Shown here piece after piece: positions 19,286-27,532 of a DNA stretch of 64,000 nucleotides. The DNA is taken from NCBI GenBank assembly GCA_038246545.1, contig JBBRVW010000025.1:3864-67863 (forward strand), read 5' to 3'. The stretch comes from Actinomycetes bacterium. Lineage in GTDB: Bacteria > Actinomycetota > Actinomycetes > JACCUZ01. The stretch's first letter is position 1. Each line of letters starts with the position of its first letter. The translations under genes and the position numbers were made by a program. The notes beneath the pieces were generated by a model. The model was not told the origin of the DNA and did no database searches. It saw only the letters and a program-made list of their open reading frames with translations.

Positions 19286-20042
19286 CGCGACCCAGCCGGA
19301 CTGGTCGCCCGACGGGCGCACGATCGCCTTCGAGCACGACCTGCCTGACGACGCCGGGGCCGAGATCGCGCTCGTCGGCTCGAACGGCGGGCCGGTGACG
19401 CCGCTGTCGAAGGATGTCTGCGTCAACGGGCAGCCCGCCTTCTCGCCGGACGGCGAGCGACTGGCATACGAGTCCTATGACTGCGGCACGGACGATGCGC
19501 TCTACTCGCGCGACGTGAACGGCAAGGCCATGGATCGCCTCACGCCGGTCGCGTCGCCCGACGGCTACACCGACCCGAACTACTCTCCGGACGGCCGACG
19601 GCTGTCGTACGTCGAGTACAAGAACGGCATCGAGTTCCAGCAGGCGCTCGTGGTGGCCCGCGCCGACGGCAGCCACCCGCGTCGGATGACGCCGTACTCG
19701 TTCGACGTGGGGATCAAGCAGGCCTGGTCGCCCAGCGGCCGGCAGCTTGTGTTCACCAAGAACGCCGACCCGATCAAGGGCGGTCCGCTCGAGGCGGACG
19801 TCGCGGTCATCGGTGCAGACGGCAGCGGCCTGCGGGTTCCTACCCATTACCGCGGTGGGCGGCTCAGCGCCTTCGCCGGCTCGTACTCGCCGAACGGCCG
19901 GTGGATCGTCTACCGGCTGCAGAACAACCAGACCGGCCGGTCGGCGATCTGGCGGATGTGGCCGGACGGCAGCCACCGGCAGATGATCTTCGAGCGGGAG
20001 GGACTGCGGGCCCGCGGCATCGACTGGGGCGCCCCATCCTGA
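19245..20042 (+). CDS. TolB-like beta-propeller (PD40/WD40-like repeat) protein, apparently lacking its N-terminus
   Basis: 265-aa ORF with repeated xSPDGxxxa blades (WSPDGRTIAF, FSPDGERLAY, YSPDGRRLSY, WSPSGRQLVF, YSPNGRWIVY). No signal peptide. Credible sequence begins about 19285. Confidence 0.6.
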   Translation: MRPQARCRRRTASDATQPDWSPDGRTIAFEHDLPDDAGAEIALVGSNGGPVTPLSKDVCVNGQPAFSPDGERLAYESYDCGTDDALYSRDVNGKAMDRLTPVASPDGYTDPNYSPDGRRLSYVEYKNGIEFQQALVVARADGSHPRRMTPYSFDVGIKQAWSPSGRQLVFTKNADPIKGGPLEADVAVIGADGSGLRVPTHYRGGRLSAFAGSYSPNGRWIVYRLQNNQTGRSAIWRMWPDGSHRQMIFEREGLRARGIDWGAPS

Positions 20043-20078
20043 CCCGGCGAGCCGGACGAGCGCGACATCTCGGGACGC

Positions 20079-20134
20079 CGGGGCGCCGGACCGCAGGTGG
20101 ACCTCGTGCGGAAGCCTAGGTATCCGGCGCCCCG
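20079..20134. terminator. Hairpin between convergent genes (12-bp stem CGGGGCGCCGGA / TCCGGCGCCCCG with an inner 5-bp stem)
   Basis: Perfect 12-nt inverted repeat 20079..20090 / 20123..20134. The loop contains CCGCA...TGCGG. It lies between the TolB-like stop (20042) and the regulator stop (20144). No U-tract. Confidence 0.4.
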
Positions 20135-20143
20135 CCTACCGGC

Positions 20144-20404
20144 TCAGGCGAGGGACATGAAGACCTTCTCGAGCTTCTCCCGGTCCACCGCGCCGTCGTC
20201 CCCGGCGCGGATGCACTGCTCCAACCCGGCGGCGATGAGCGCGAACCCCGCCTTGTCCAAGGCTCTCGACACGGCGGCCAGCTGGGTGACGACCTCGGCG
20301 CAGTCGCGCTCCTCCTCCAGCATGCGCAGGACGCCAGCCAGCTGGCCCTGCGCGCGCTTGAGCCGGTTCACCACCGGGCCGACGGTCTCTCGGTCTAGCT
20401 CCAC
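20144..20404 (-). CDS. CsoR/RcnR-family metal/persulfide-sensing repressor, CstR-like x-C-x-C fingerprint
   Basis: 86-aa ORF with a GTG start preceded by GGGAAGG. VVNRLKRAQGQLAGVLRMLEEERDCAEVVTQLAAVSRALDKAGFALIAAGLEQCIRAG. Cys35 and Cys64 are present. Gly60 sits where Cu(I)-CsoR has His. Confidence 0.9.
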   Translation of the reverse strand: MELDRETVGPVVNRLKRAQGQLAGVLRMLEEERDCAEVVTQLAAVSRALDKAGFALIAAGLEQCIRAGDDGAVDREKLEKVFMSLA

Positions 20405-20422
20405 GACGACTACCTTCCCTCG

Positions 20423-20438
20423 ATACGCACCAGGGTAT
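20423..20438 (-). promoter_or_regulatory. CsoR-family operator-like site ATACCCTGGTGCGTAT (minus-strand reading), 18 nt upstream of the regulator start
   Basis: ATAC-N8-GTAT with a C/G-rich core. Related to the two identical sites at 22642 and 22765. Confidence 0.6.
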
Positions 20439-20444
20439 CCATGC

Positions 20445-22616
20445 TCAGTGGCTGAACCGGATCGACGGCAGGACCCGGCGCAGCCACGCGGGGCTCGCCC
20501 ACGCGGCCCGTCCGGTCAGGCGGAGCAGGACCGGCAGCAGCAGCAGGCGGACCAGGGCGGCGTCGAGCAGGACGGCGACACCGAGGACCACGCCCATCTC
20601 CTTGGGCGGCAGTGGCCCGGACAGGGCGAAGGTGAAGAACACGGCCACCATGACACCGGCGGCGGCGAAGATGACCCGGCCCGAATGCGCGAGCCCGCCG
20701 ACCATGGCCTCCCGCGGGTCGTTCGACTTCTCCCAGTGCTCCTTGGCGGACGCGAGCAGGAAGACGGTGTAGTCCATCCCGATGGCGAAGATCATCGCGA
20801 AGAAGAAGACCGGCGCCCAGGCGTCGAGATAGCCCTGCGGCTCGAAGCCGAGCAGGCCGGAGCCGTGACCGTCCTGGAACACCAGCCGGGCGACACCGAA
20901 CGCCGCCCCGGTGGCCAGCAGGTTGGTCAGCGTCCCGAGGGCGGCGACGAGCGGTGCCTGCAGGACGAGCAGCAGCAGCAGGAAGCCGAGCGCGAGGACG
21001 ACGCCGATGACGAGCGGGGTCTTGTCGGCGAGCAGCCGCTCCAGGTCGTGGTTCTCCGCGGACGGGCCGCCGACCAGCGTGCCGACGGGGAGGTCGGTGC
21101 GGAGCCGGTCGATCGTGTCGCCGAGCGCGGCGTCGGACGGGCCTACGGTCGGCACGGCGGAGAGCAGGGCGTGGCGGCCACTGCCCTGCACGGGTGGCAT
21201 CACCGCCGCGATGCCCGGGTCACCGGCGAGCACCGCATTGGCGCGGTCGGCCTGCCCGGCCGGTGCGACGACCTGCAGGGTCCCGGGCGCGCCGGTGCCG
21301 AACGCGTCCTGCACGAGGCCGTAGCCGACCCGACTGGAGTCGGCCTCGGGCACGACCTTGATGGAGGGCATCCCGGTCCGCAGGCCGAGGACGGGCGCGG
21401 CGAGCACGGCGAGGGCGACCGCGGCGAGCAGGCCGTAGCCGACCGGCCGGCGCCAGAGCCGCTGGGCCCACCGCTCGAACCGGGGTGACCGGTGCTCGCC
21501 GGCGTGCACCCCGGGGAGAGCGAGGGCGTCGACGCGGTGCCCGAGCTTGCCCAGGACGGCGGGGAGAAGGGTGAGGGTGGTGGCCAGGACGAAGGTGACG
21601 GCGAGCATGATGCCCAGCGCCATCGAACGGAACGCCGGCGACGGCACGAGCATCACCGCGGACAGTGACACCAGCACGGTCAGGCCGGAGAAGAGCACGG
21701 CCTTGCCCGCGGTGTCCATGGTCTCGGCAACAGCGTCGCGGGACCTCTCGTGCTGCCCGAAGCGAGCGGCGCGGAACCGAACGACGAGGAACAGGGCGTA
21801 GTCGATGCCCAGCGCCAGCGCGAACATCATCGCGAAGTTCATCGCCCAGATGCTGATGTCGCCGATCTGCGAGCCGAGGTAGAGCGACCCGGCCGCCGCG
21901 ACGAGGCCGACGATCGTGAGCATCAGCGGCAGCCCGGCCGCCACCAGCGACCCGAAGGCGAGGACGAGGATGACCATCGTCACCGGCCAGCTGACGACCT
22001 CGCTCTTCATCATCGCCTCGAGGTTCGCTGCGTTGAAGTCGCTCCACAGCGCGGAGGACCCGGTCAGTGCCACCTCGACCCCGGGGCCGCTGAGGTCGCG
22101 CAGCGGGGCCTTGAGGTCGTCGGCGGCGCGCACCATCTCGTTGGTGTTCGCGTCGGCGGCCCCCGCTTGGACGAGTGCCGTCCGGCCGTCCCGGGAGATG
22201 CTGGTGCCCGGTTGCGGCACGACGACCTGCGAAACCCGGTCGTCGGCGCGCAGCAACGCCACGGCCCGGTCCACGGCGGCCTGGCCGCGACCGGCGGTGA
22301 CGGTGCCGGAGTCGACGTGGACGACGACCTGCAGCGCGGCGCTGGACAGCCCGGCGAACTCGCGCTGGACGACATCCCGGGCAGCCACCGACTCCGACCC
22401 GGAGGCCTCCCAGCCGGCGCCGGCGAGGGCGTGCTCCACGCGGGGCGCGAACGCGCCGAGGGCGACGACGACCAGCAGCCAGGTGACGAAGACGGCGCGG
22501 GAGTGGTCGACGGTCCAGCGGCCGAGCCGGCCCAGCGGGCCGACCGCGGCAACAGCCCCGCCGGCGGCCCGGTTCGGGCGGCTGGCGGTGGAGCGAGTGG
22601 GCAGTGCGGTGGTCAC
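20445..22616 (-). CDS. MMPL family (RND superfamily) transporter
   Basis: The long ORF reaches 22685, but GTG 22616 has a GAGGA 7 nt upstream and leaves the operator outside the CDS. There are two 6-TM bundles separated by soluble loops. Typical MMPL text LGIDYALFLVVRFR and GMDYTVFLLASAKEHW. Confidence 0.9.
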   Translation of the reverse strand: MTTALPTRSTASRPNRAAGGAVAAVGPLGRLGRWTVDHSRAVFVTWLLVVVALGAFAPRVEHALAGAGWEASGSESVAARDVVQREFAGLSSAALQVVVHVDSGTVTAGRGQAAVDRAVALLRADDRVSQVVVPQPGTSISRDGRTALVQAGAADANTNEMVRAADDLKAPLRDLSGPGVEVALTGSSALWSDFNAANLEAMMKSEVVSWPVTMVILVLAFGSLVAAGLPLMLTIVGLVAAAGSLYLGSQIGDISIWAMNFAMMFALALGIDYALFLVVRFRAARFGQHERSRDAVAETMDTAGKAVLFSGLTVLVSLSAVMLVPSPAFRSMALGIMLAVTFVLATTLTLLPAVLGKLGHRVDALALPGVHAGEHRSPRFERWAQRLWRRPVGYGLLAAVALAVLAAPVLGLRTGMPSIKVVPEADSSRVGYGLVQDAFGTGAPGTLQVVAPAGQADRANAVLAGDPGIAAVMPPVQGSGRHALLSAVPTVGPSDAALGDTIDRLRTDLPVGTLVGGPSAENHDLERLLADKTPLVIGVVLALGFLLLLLVLQAPLVAALGTLTNLLATGAAFGVARLVFQDGHGSGLLGFEPQGYLDAWAPVFFFAMIFAIGMDYTVFLLASAKEHWEKSNDPREAMVGGLAHSGRVIFAAAGVMVAVFFTFALSGPLPPKEMGVVLGVAVLLDAALVRLLLLPVLLRLTGRAAWASPAWLRRVLPSIRFSH

Positions 22617-22641
22617 GAAAGCGTCCTCACAACAGTCGAAG

Positions 22642-22657
22642 ATACGGGTGGGGGTAT
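22642..22657 (-). promoter_or_regulatory. CsoR-family operator-like site (plus strand ATACGGGTGGGGGTAT = ATACCCCCACCCGTAT on the MMPL strand)
   Basis: Perfect reverse complement of 22765..22780. Lies 25 nt upstream of the MMPL GTG. Confidence 0.7.
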
Positions 22658-22685
22658 ATTGAGCCGTCGGGAAGACGTTCGTCAA

Positions 22686-22701
22686 ATGCCCAGCGGGGTA
22701 T
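22686..22701. promoter_or_regulatory. Degenerate third copy of the operator-like motif (ATGCCCAGCGGGGTAT)
   Basis: Shares the GGGGTAT half and the 16-nt spacing with neighbouring sites. The left half is ATGC instead of ATAC. Confidence 0.35.
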
Positions 22702-22764
22702 TGGCTACCTCACATCGGACCGCGGAATCACCGGTCGCCACGCGAGGTTGGGAACGTGGTCCTG

Positions 22765-22780
22765 ATACCCCCACCCGTAT
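22765..22780 (+). promoter_or_regulatory. CsoR-family operator-like site ATACCCCCACCCGTAT, 17 nt upstream of the rhodanese GTG
   Basis: Identical 16-mer in inverted orientation to 22642..22657. Immediately precedes the SD AGGAGA. Confidence 0.7.
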
Positions 22781-22797
22781 CCACGAGGAGAGCGCAC

Positions 22798-23142
22798 GTG
22801 TTCCAGCGCACCACCATCGCCGAGACCAGCCTGGACGACTTCGCCGCTGCTCACGCCACGGGCGCGGTCACCGTCGACGTCCGCGAGCCCCACGAGTACG
22901 CCGCGGGTCACGTGCCGGGCGCGGTCAACGTCCCGCTTTCCCAGCTCGGCACCCGCGTCGGGTCGCTGGCCCGCGACAGCAAGGGCGCGCCGGTGTTCGT
23001 CATCTGCGCGTCGGGCAACCGCAGCAAGGCAGGCGCTGGGCTGCTCGTGAAGGGTGGCGTGGACGCGCGCCCCGTCGCGGGTGGCACCGCCGCCTGGATC
23101 AGCGCCGGGCCCTCGAACGTCGCCGGCTCGCGCCGCGGCTGA
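22798..23142 (+). CDS. Single-domain rhodanese sulfurtransferase
   Basis: The ORF opens at 22756. GTG 22798 is preceded by AGGAGA. Active-site loop VICASGNRSKAG. HVPGAVNVP rhodanese signature. Confidence 0.85.
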   Translation: MFQRTTIAETSLDDFAAAHATGAVTVDVREPHEYAAGHVPGAVNVPLSQLGTRVGSLARDSKGAPVFVICASGNRSKAGAGLLVKGGVDARPVAGGTAAWISAGPSNVAGSRRG

Positions 23143-23158
23143 GAACGGAGGACACGAG

Positions 23159-24544
23159 ATGACACAGCTCGACCTGCACATCATCGAGACGCCGTCGCTG
23201 GGCGACCGCAGCTACCTGCTCACCGACGGCGACCTCGCCCTCGTGGTCGACCCGCAGCGCGACATCGACCGGGTCCTCGACCTGGCCGGCGAGCTCAGCG
23301 TCCGGATCGTCTCGGTCGCGGAGACGCACGGCCACAACGACTACGTCTCCGGGGGTCTCGAGCTGTCCCGGGCTGCCGGGGCCGAGTACCGGCTGCCGGT
23401 CGCCATGGGCGCCGAGTACCCGCACACGGCCGTCGGCGACGGCGACACCTTCGACGTCGGCGCCCTGCGCGTGACGGTCCTGCACACCCCGGGCCACACC
23501 CACCACCACGTCGCCTACGCCGTCGCCGTCGGTGACGGCCCGGTCGAGGCGGTGCTCACCGGCGGCTCGATGCTGTTCGGCGCCACCGGGCGCACCGACC
23601 TGGTCGGCCCCGAGCACACCGACGAGCTCACCCACGCCCAGTTCCGCTCTGTGCGGCGGCTCGCGAGTGACCTGCCGCCCGAGGCGCAGGTGCTCCCGAC
23701 GCACGGGTTCGGCAGCTTCTGCTCGGCCACCCCCACCTCGGGCGACTCGTCCACCGTCGCCGAGCAGCGCACCAGCAACCCGGCGCTGACCCAGGACGAG
23801 CAGTCCTACGTCGACCAGCTGCTCGCCGGGCTGGACGCGTTCCCGGCGTACTACGCGCAGATGGCGCCGATCAACCAGCGCGGCCCGGCGCCGGTCGACC
23901 TCACCCCGCCGGTCGCCGTCGACCCGGCCGAGCTCCGACGACGGCTGGAGGCCGGCGACTGGGTCGTCGACCTACGGGACCGGACGGCGTTCGCCGCCGG
24001 TCACCTCACCGGCAGTCGCAGCTTCGAGCTGAGCACGAACTTCGTCACCTACCTGGGCTGGCTGCTCCCGTGGGGCGCCCGGTTGACCCTGGTCGGGGAG
24101 AGCGAGGAGCGGGTCGCGGACGCCCGCCGCGAGCTGGTGCGCATCGGGGTCGACGAGCTGGCCGGCGCCGCCGTGGGACCCCTCGACGCGCTGGCGGACG
24201 GTCGCCCGCTCCGGTCCTATGTGGTGTCGGACTTCGCCGGGCTTGCCGCCCGCCTGGCCGACGACGGCGTCGGCCCGGTGCACGTGCTGGACGCCCGACG
24301 CAACGACGAGCACCGCGAGGGTCACGTGGCCGGCTCGCTGCACATCCCAGTGCACGAGCTGGCGGCCCGCCTCGACGAGATCCCCGACGGCGAGGTCTGG
24401 GTGTACTGCGGTTCCGGCTACCGCGCCGCCATCGCAGCCTCCCTGCTGGACACCGACGGTCGGACCGTCGTGCACATCAACGAGGACTACGCTTCGGCCG
24501 CGGAGGCCGGGCTCGAGGACAAGCCGGCCACCGCCTCCGGGTGA
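23159..24544 (+). CDS. MBL-fold hydrolase fused to two rhodanese domains (CstB-like persulfide dioxygenase-sulfurtransferase architecture)
   Basis: ATG 23159 lies inside ORF 23054..24544. Metallo-beta-lactamase motif [11 protein letters not shown], then HTPGHTHHH. The middle rhodanese has no Cys. The C-terminal rhodanese has [12 protein letters not shown]. Confidence 0.85.
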   Translation: MTQLDLHIIETPSLGDRSYLLTDGDLALVVDPQRDIDRVLDLAGELSVRIVSVAETHGHNDYVSGGLELSRAAGAEYRLPVAMGAEYPHTAVGDGDTFDVGALRVTVLHTPGHTHHHVAYAVAVGDGPVEAVLTGGSMLFGATGRTDLVGPEHTDELTHAQFRSVRRLASDLPPEAQVLPTHGFGSFCSATPTSGDSSTVAEQRTSNPALTQDEQSYVDQLLAGLDAFPAYYAQMAPINQRGPAPVDLTPPVAVDPAELRRRLEAGDWVVDLRDRTAFAAGHLTGSRSFELSTNFVTYLGWLLPWGARLTLVGESEERVADARRELVRIGVDELAGAAVGPLDALADGRPLRSYVVSDFAGLAARLADDGVGPVHVLDARRNDEHREGHVAGSLHIPVHELAARLDEIPDGEVWVYCGSGYRAAIAASLLDTDGRTVVHINEDYASAAEAGLEDKPATASG

Positions 24545-25320
24545 GCGTCGTCGCAGGATGTGGGCTGCTCATCGGCGTCCTGCTCGGCCTGCTCGGCGCC
24601 GGCGGCAGCATCCTCGCCGTCCCCGCACTCGTGTACGGCGCCGGCCAGCCGCTGAGCTCCGCGGTGCCGACCTCGCTGCTCGTCGTCGGCGTCTCCGCCG
24701 CGGCCGCCGTCGTGGCGCGGGTGCGGGCCTCGCAGGTGCAGTGGCGCATCGCCGCTGTGGTCGGCGGGTCCGGCATCCCGGCGGCGTTCGCCGGGACCGC
24801 CGTCAACCGGGCACTGAACCCGCGGGTCGTGCTGGTCGGGTTCGCCGTCGTGATGGTCGTCGCGGCGGTCCGGATGCTGCGGGAGCAGCCTGAGGCCGGC
24901 GGCGCCTGCGCGCTCCCGGACGGCGGGGTGAACTGGCGCGGCTGCCTGCCCAAGGCGGTCGGGACCGGTGTTGCGGTCGGTTTCCTGACCGGTCTGTTCG
25001 GTGTCGGGGGCGGGTTTCTCATCGTCCCGGCGCTCGTGCTGCTGCTCGGGCTGCCGATGACGGTCGCGGTCGGCACGTCTCTGCTGGTCGTGGCCGTGAA
25101 CTCCGCGGCCGGCCTCGCCGCGCACGCCGGGTCGGCGGACATCGACTACGGGCTGGCGGCCGTGTTCACCGGCGCGGCGGTGGCCGGGTCACTGCTCGCG
25201 GCGCGGGTCGCGGCCCGCCTCCCCGCTGACCGCCTGCGCCGCTGGTTCGCGTGGCTGGTCCTCGCCGTCGCGGCGTTCGTCGCGGTCCAGGCGCTGGTGA
25301 ACCCCGGCGCCGGTGCCTGA
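24541..25320 (+). CDS. TauE/SafE family sulfite/anion exporter
   Basis: GTG 24541 overlaps the preceding stop (GTGA). 259 aa, about 8 TM segments, duplicated [16 protein letters not shown] / [16 protein letters not shown] motifs. Confidence 0.85.
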   Translation: MSVVAGCGLLIGVLLGLLGAGGSILAVPALVYGAGQPLSSAVPTSLLVVGVSAAAAVVARVRASQVQWRIAAVVGGSGIPAAFAGTAVNRALNPRVVLVGFAVVMVVAAVRMLREQPEAGGACALPDGGVNWRGCLPKAVGTGVAVGFLTGLFGVGGGFLIVPALVLLLGLPMTVAVGTSLLVVAVNSAAGLAAHAGSADIDYGLAAVFTGAAVAGSLLAARVAARLPADRLRRWFAWLVLAVAAFVAVQALVNPGAGA

Positions 25321-25356
25321 CCCTCGACGGGCCGACGCGTCGCGCACAACCGCCGG

Positions 25357-25773
25357 TCAGACGGCGTTGGTGAACTCCACCTGCCAGCGCAACTCGGACC
25401 TGTCCTCTGCATGCCACCACTGCGTGAGGACGCCGGTCTCGCCGCCGGGGAGGATGACCAGACGACCGAGGTCGTCGTCATTCGGCCAGCCGTCCTCGAG
25501 GCGCACCTGGTCACCGTCACGGACCAGGTACGTCATTGGGCCGGACGCGCCGCGCTCCAGGCCGGCCCCGGTCGCGACCACGGACCCGTCCTCGTCCCGG
25601 ATGGTGACCTCGAGCTTCGGCGGGGCGGCGTGCACGAGTACGCGGCCACCGGCCGATCCGCTGTCCACCAGGATGCGGGCGAACGACAGCCCGGTGGCGC
25701 CAACTTCGGGTATCCAGAGGTCCCACGTCTCATCCTTGTCTGCTCGGTCCCCAGTGACAGGCGCGTCAACCAC
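25357..25773 (-). CDS. Hypothetical protein (138 aa, soluble, beta-rich composition)
   Basis: Clean protein-like composition (…WDLWIPEVGATGLSFARILVDSGS…LVRDGDQVRLEDGWPNDDDLGRLVILPGGETGVLTQWWH…). No family recognised. Confidence 0.6.
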   Translation of the reverse strand: MVDAPVTGDRADKDETWDLWIPEVGATGLSFARILVDSGSAGGRVLVHAAPPKLEVTIRDEDGSVVATGAGLERGASGPMTYLVRDGDQVRLEDGWPNDDDLGRLVILPGGETGVLTQWWHAEDRSELRWQVEFTNAV

Positions 25774-25824
25774 CCCGATGCGACCGGGGCAGTCACCCGA
25801 CGGCCCTGGTAGCGCGACGAGGCG

Positions 25825-26262
25825 TCACTCCTCCGCGGCGACGACGCGGCCGAGGGCCCTGGTGACCGTGCGGACCTCGGCGTCGGACAGGTGCCGGCTG
25901 AAGTGCTCCTCGATGCCCGCCAGGTAGACGGGCGCGGCCGCGCGCAACCGCGACCGCCCGGCCGGGGTGATCGCGGCGAACCACGAGCGGCCGTCGTCGG
26001 GGTTCGCCTCGCGACCGACCAGGCCGGCCCGCTCCAGCTCGGTGACGACCCGGCTGACCCGCTCGCGGCTGAGCACCGCGCCGGCCCCGAGCTCGGTCAT
26101 CCGCAGCCGGCGGCCGGGCGCCGAGTTCAGCACCAGCAGGACGTCGTACCAGGACAGCGGCATCCCCTGCTCGGCCAGCCGCCGCTCGAGGCGGGGGACG
26201 ACGGCCGCGTGGGCGCGCAGCAGCGCCGCCCAGGCGCCGACCCGGTCCACCTCAAAGGTCAT
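25825..26262 (-). CDS. MarR family transcriptional regulator
   Basis: ATG 26262 (the ORF opens at 26298). Winged-helix text LSWYDVLLVLNSAPGRRLRMTELGAGAVLSRERVSRVVTELERAGLVGRE. Confidence 0.85.
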   Translation of the reverse strand: MTFEVDRVGAWAALLRAHAAVVPRLERRLAEQGMPLSWYDVLLVLNSAPGRRLRMTELGAGAVLSRERVSRVVTELERAGLVGREANPDDGRSWFAAITPAGRSRLRAAAPVYLAGIEEHFSRHLSDAEVRTVTRALGRVVAAEE

Positions 26263-26283
26263 GGCAGGAGGGTAGCGCAGGAA

Positions 26284-26297
26284 TGTGCGGGTGCACA
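26284..26297. promoter_or_regulatory. Inverted repeat TGTGC-GGGT-GCACA upstream of marR
   Basis: 5-bp arms, about 22 nt upstream of the marR ATG. Shares the TGTGCG...GCACA core with the 26329 palindrome. Confidence 0.35.
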
Positions 26298-26301
26298 CAC
26301 C

Positions 26302-26350
26302 TTGACACGCGCCCGTCCGTCAGCTCATTATGTGCGTGCGCACGTACATA
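26302..26350 (+). promoter_or_regulatory. Candidate sigma70-type promoter (TTGACA-18-CATTAT) overlapped by the 22-nt near-palindrome TATGTGCGTGCGCACGTACATA
   Basis: TTGACA at 26302..26307 and CATTAT at 26326..26331. The palindrome at 26329..26350 matches 20 of 22 positions. It lies 17 nt before the azoR ATG. Confidence 0.45.
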
Positions 26351-26367
26351 CCATGAGAGGACCCGTC

Positions 26368-26994
26368 ATGAGCACACTGCTGCACGTCTCCGCATCCCCG
26401 CGGGCCGAGAGGTCCGAGTCGCTCGCCCTCGCCCGGTTGTTCCTGGACACCTACGCCGAGCAGAACCCGGACGTCACCGTCGAGGAGTGGGACCTCTGGG
26501 ACGGCACCCTGCCGGAGTTCGGCCAGGCCGCCGTCGAGGGGAAGATGAACACCTTCGCCGGGATCGCCCTGGAGGGACCGTCGGCTGCCGCCTGGCGGCA
26601 GGTGACGGCGACCTTCGAGAGGTTCGCCGCCGCGGACGCGTACCTGTTCAGCGTCCCGATGTGGAACGCCGGCGTCCCCTACAAGCTCAAGCAGCTCATC
26701 GACGTGGTGAGCCAGCCCGGCCTGGTCTTCGGCTTCGACCCGGGCGCGGGCTACACCGGCCTGCTGACCGGCCGGAAGGCGGCGGTGCTCTACACCTCGG
26801 CCATCTACGGGCCCGGCCGCGGCCCGGCGTTCGGCTCCGACTTCCAGGCGCCGTTCTTCCGTGACTGGCTCGCCTGGGCCGGTGTCGAGGACGTGCGCGA
26901 GGTGTCCTTCGGCCCGAACATCGCGGCGGTGGACGTCGAGGGTGGCCGCCGCTTCGCCCGCGAGGAGACCGCCCGCCTGGCGAAGGAGTTCTGA
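26368..26994 (+). CDS. azoR: FMN-dependent NADH-azoreductase
   Basis: ATG 26368 lies inside ORF 25891..26994. MSTLLHVSASPRAERSESLALA..., FSVPMWNAGVPYKLKQLIDVV, flavodoxin-like fold 2. Confidence 0.85.
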   Translation: MSTLLHVSASPRAERSESLALARLFLDTYAEQNPDVTVEEWDLWDGTLPEFGQAAVEGKMNTFAGIALEGPSAAAWRQVTATFERFAAADAYLFSVPMWNAGVPYKLKQLIDVVSQPGLVFGFDPGAGYTGLLTGRKAAVLYTSAIYGPGRGPAFGSDFQAPFFRDWLAWAGVEDVREVSFGPNIAAVDVEGGRRFAREETARLAKEF

Positions 26995-27097
26995 CGGGTC
27001 GGGACGCACCGGTGTCGGGCAGCGGGTCCCCGGTGGCCCGCGGGAAGGTACACGGGCTTTGTCGTTCGGTCGCGGCTCGACAGGGTACGGGGCCTCC

Positions 27098-27448
27098 ATG
27101 GCCACCTACACGGTCAACGAGGACGCCGTCGCCCGCTGCCGCGCGCTGATCGACAAGCGGCAGTACGTGCTCGACAGCGAGTGGGGCGACGTCCAACCGG
27201 ACGCCGGGGCGCAGAACTCCTACCTCGAGCACCACTCGTGGGACGACTACGCCGCCTGGCACCTGGGGCTCACCTCGGGCGCCACCGACGGGACCAAGGC
27301 GCGGTACGCCTTCGTGTACGGCGACCTGCGCCGGGTGCACCGTACGGCGCTGATCGCCTGCGTCTACCGCGCCGCGGAGTGGCGGCACAAGGACGTCGAG
27401 CTCGCAGCGCACGACCTCCTGCAGCACCTGGACCGCACCAGCGGCTGA
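27098..27448 (+). CDS. Hypothetical conserved-looking protein (116 aa)
   Basis: ATG 27098 lies inside ORF 26861..27448. MATYTVNEDAVARCRALIDKRQYVLDSEWGDVQPDAGAQNSYLEHHSWDDYAAWHLGL... has good composition. No family recognised. Confidence 0.6.
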   Translation: MATYTVNEDAVARCRALIDKRQYVLDSEWGDVQPDAGAQNSYLEHHSWDDYAAWHLGLTSGATDGTKARYAFVYGDLRRVHRTALIACVYRAAEWRHKDVELAAHDLLQHLDRTSG

Positions 27449-27463
27449 GGAGCATCGTCGTAA

Positions 27464-27488
27464 CGGCACCGATGACTCCACGGTGCCG
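27464..27488 (+). terminator. Hairpin CGGCACCG-N9-CGGTGCCG after the 27098..27448 gene
   Basis: Perfect 8-bp stem starting 16 nt after the stop. No U-tract. Confidence 0.4.
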
Positions 27489-27532
27489 GCCGGGTCACCA
27501 CACTGACCGCGCCCGCCCACGAGAGGAACATC

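Noticed and set aside
22617-22685. N-terminal extension of the MMPL ORF (MTNVFPTAQYTPTRIFDCCEDAF)
   Set aside because: It would place the operator-like 16-mer inside the coding region. The downstream GTG 22616 has a proper SD and gives a typical MMPL N-terminus.
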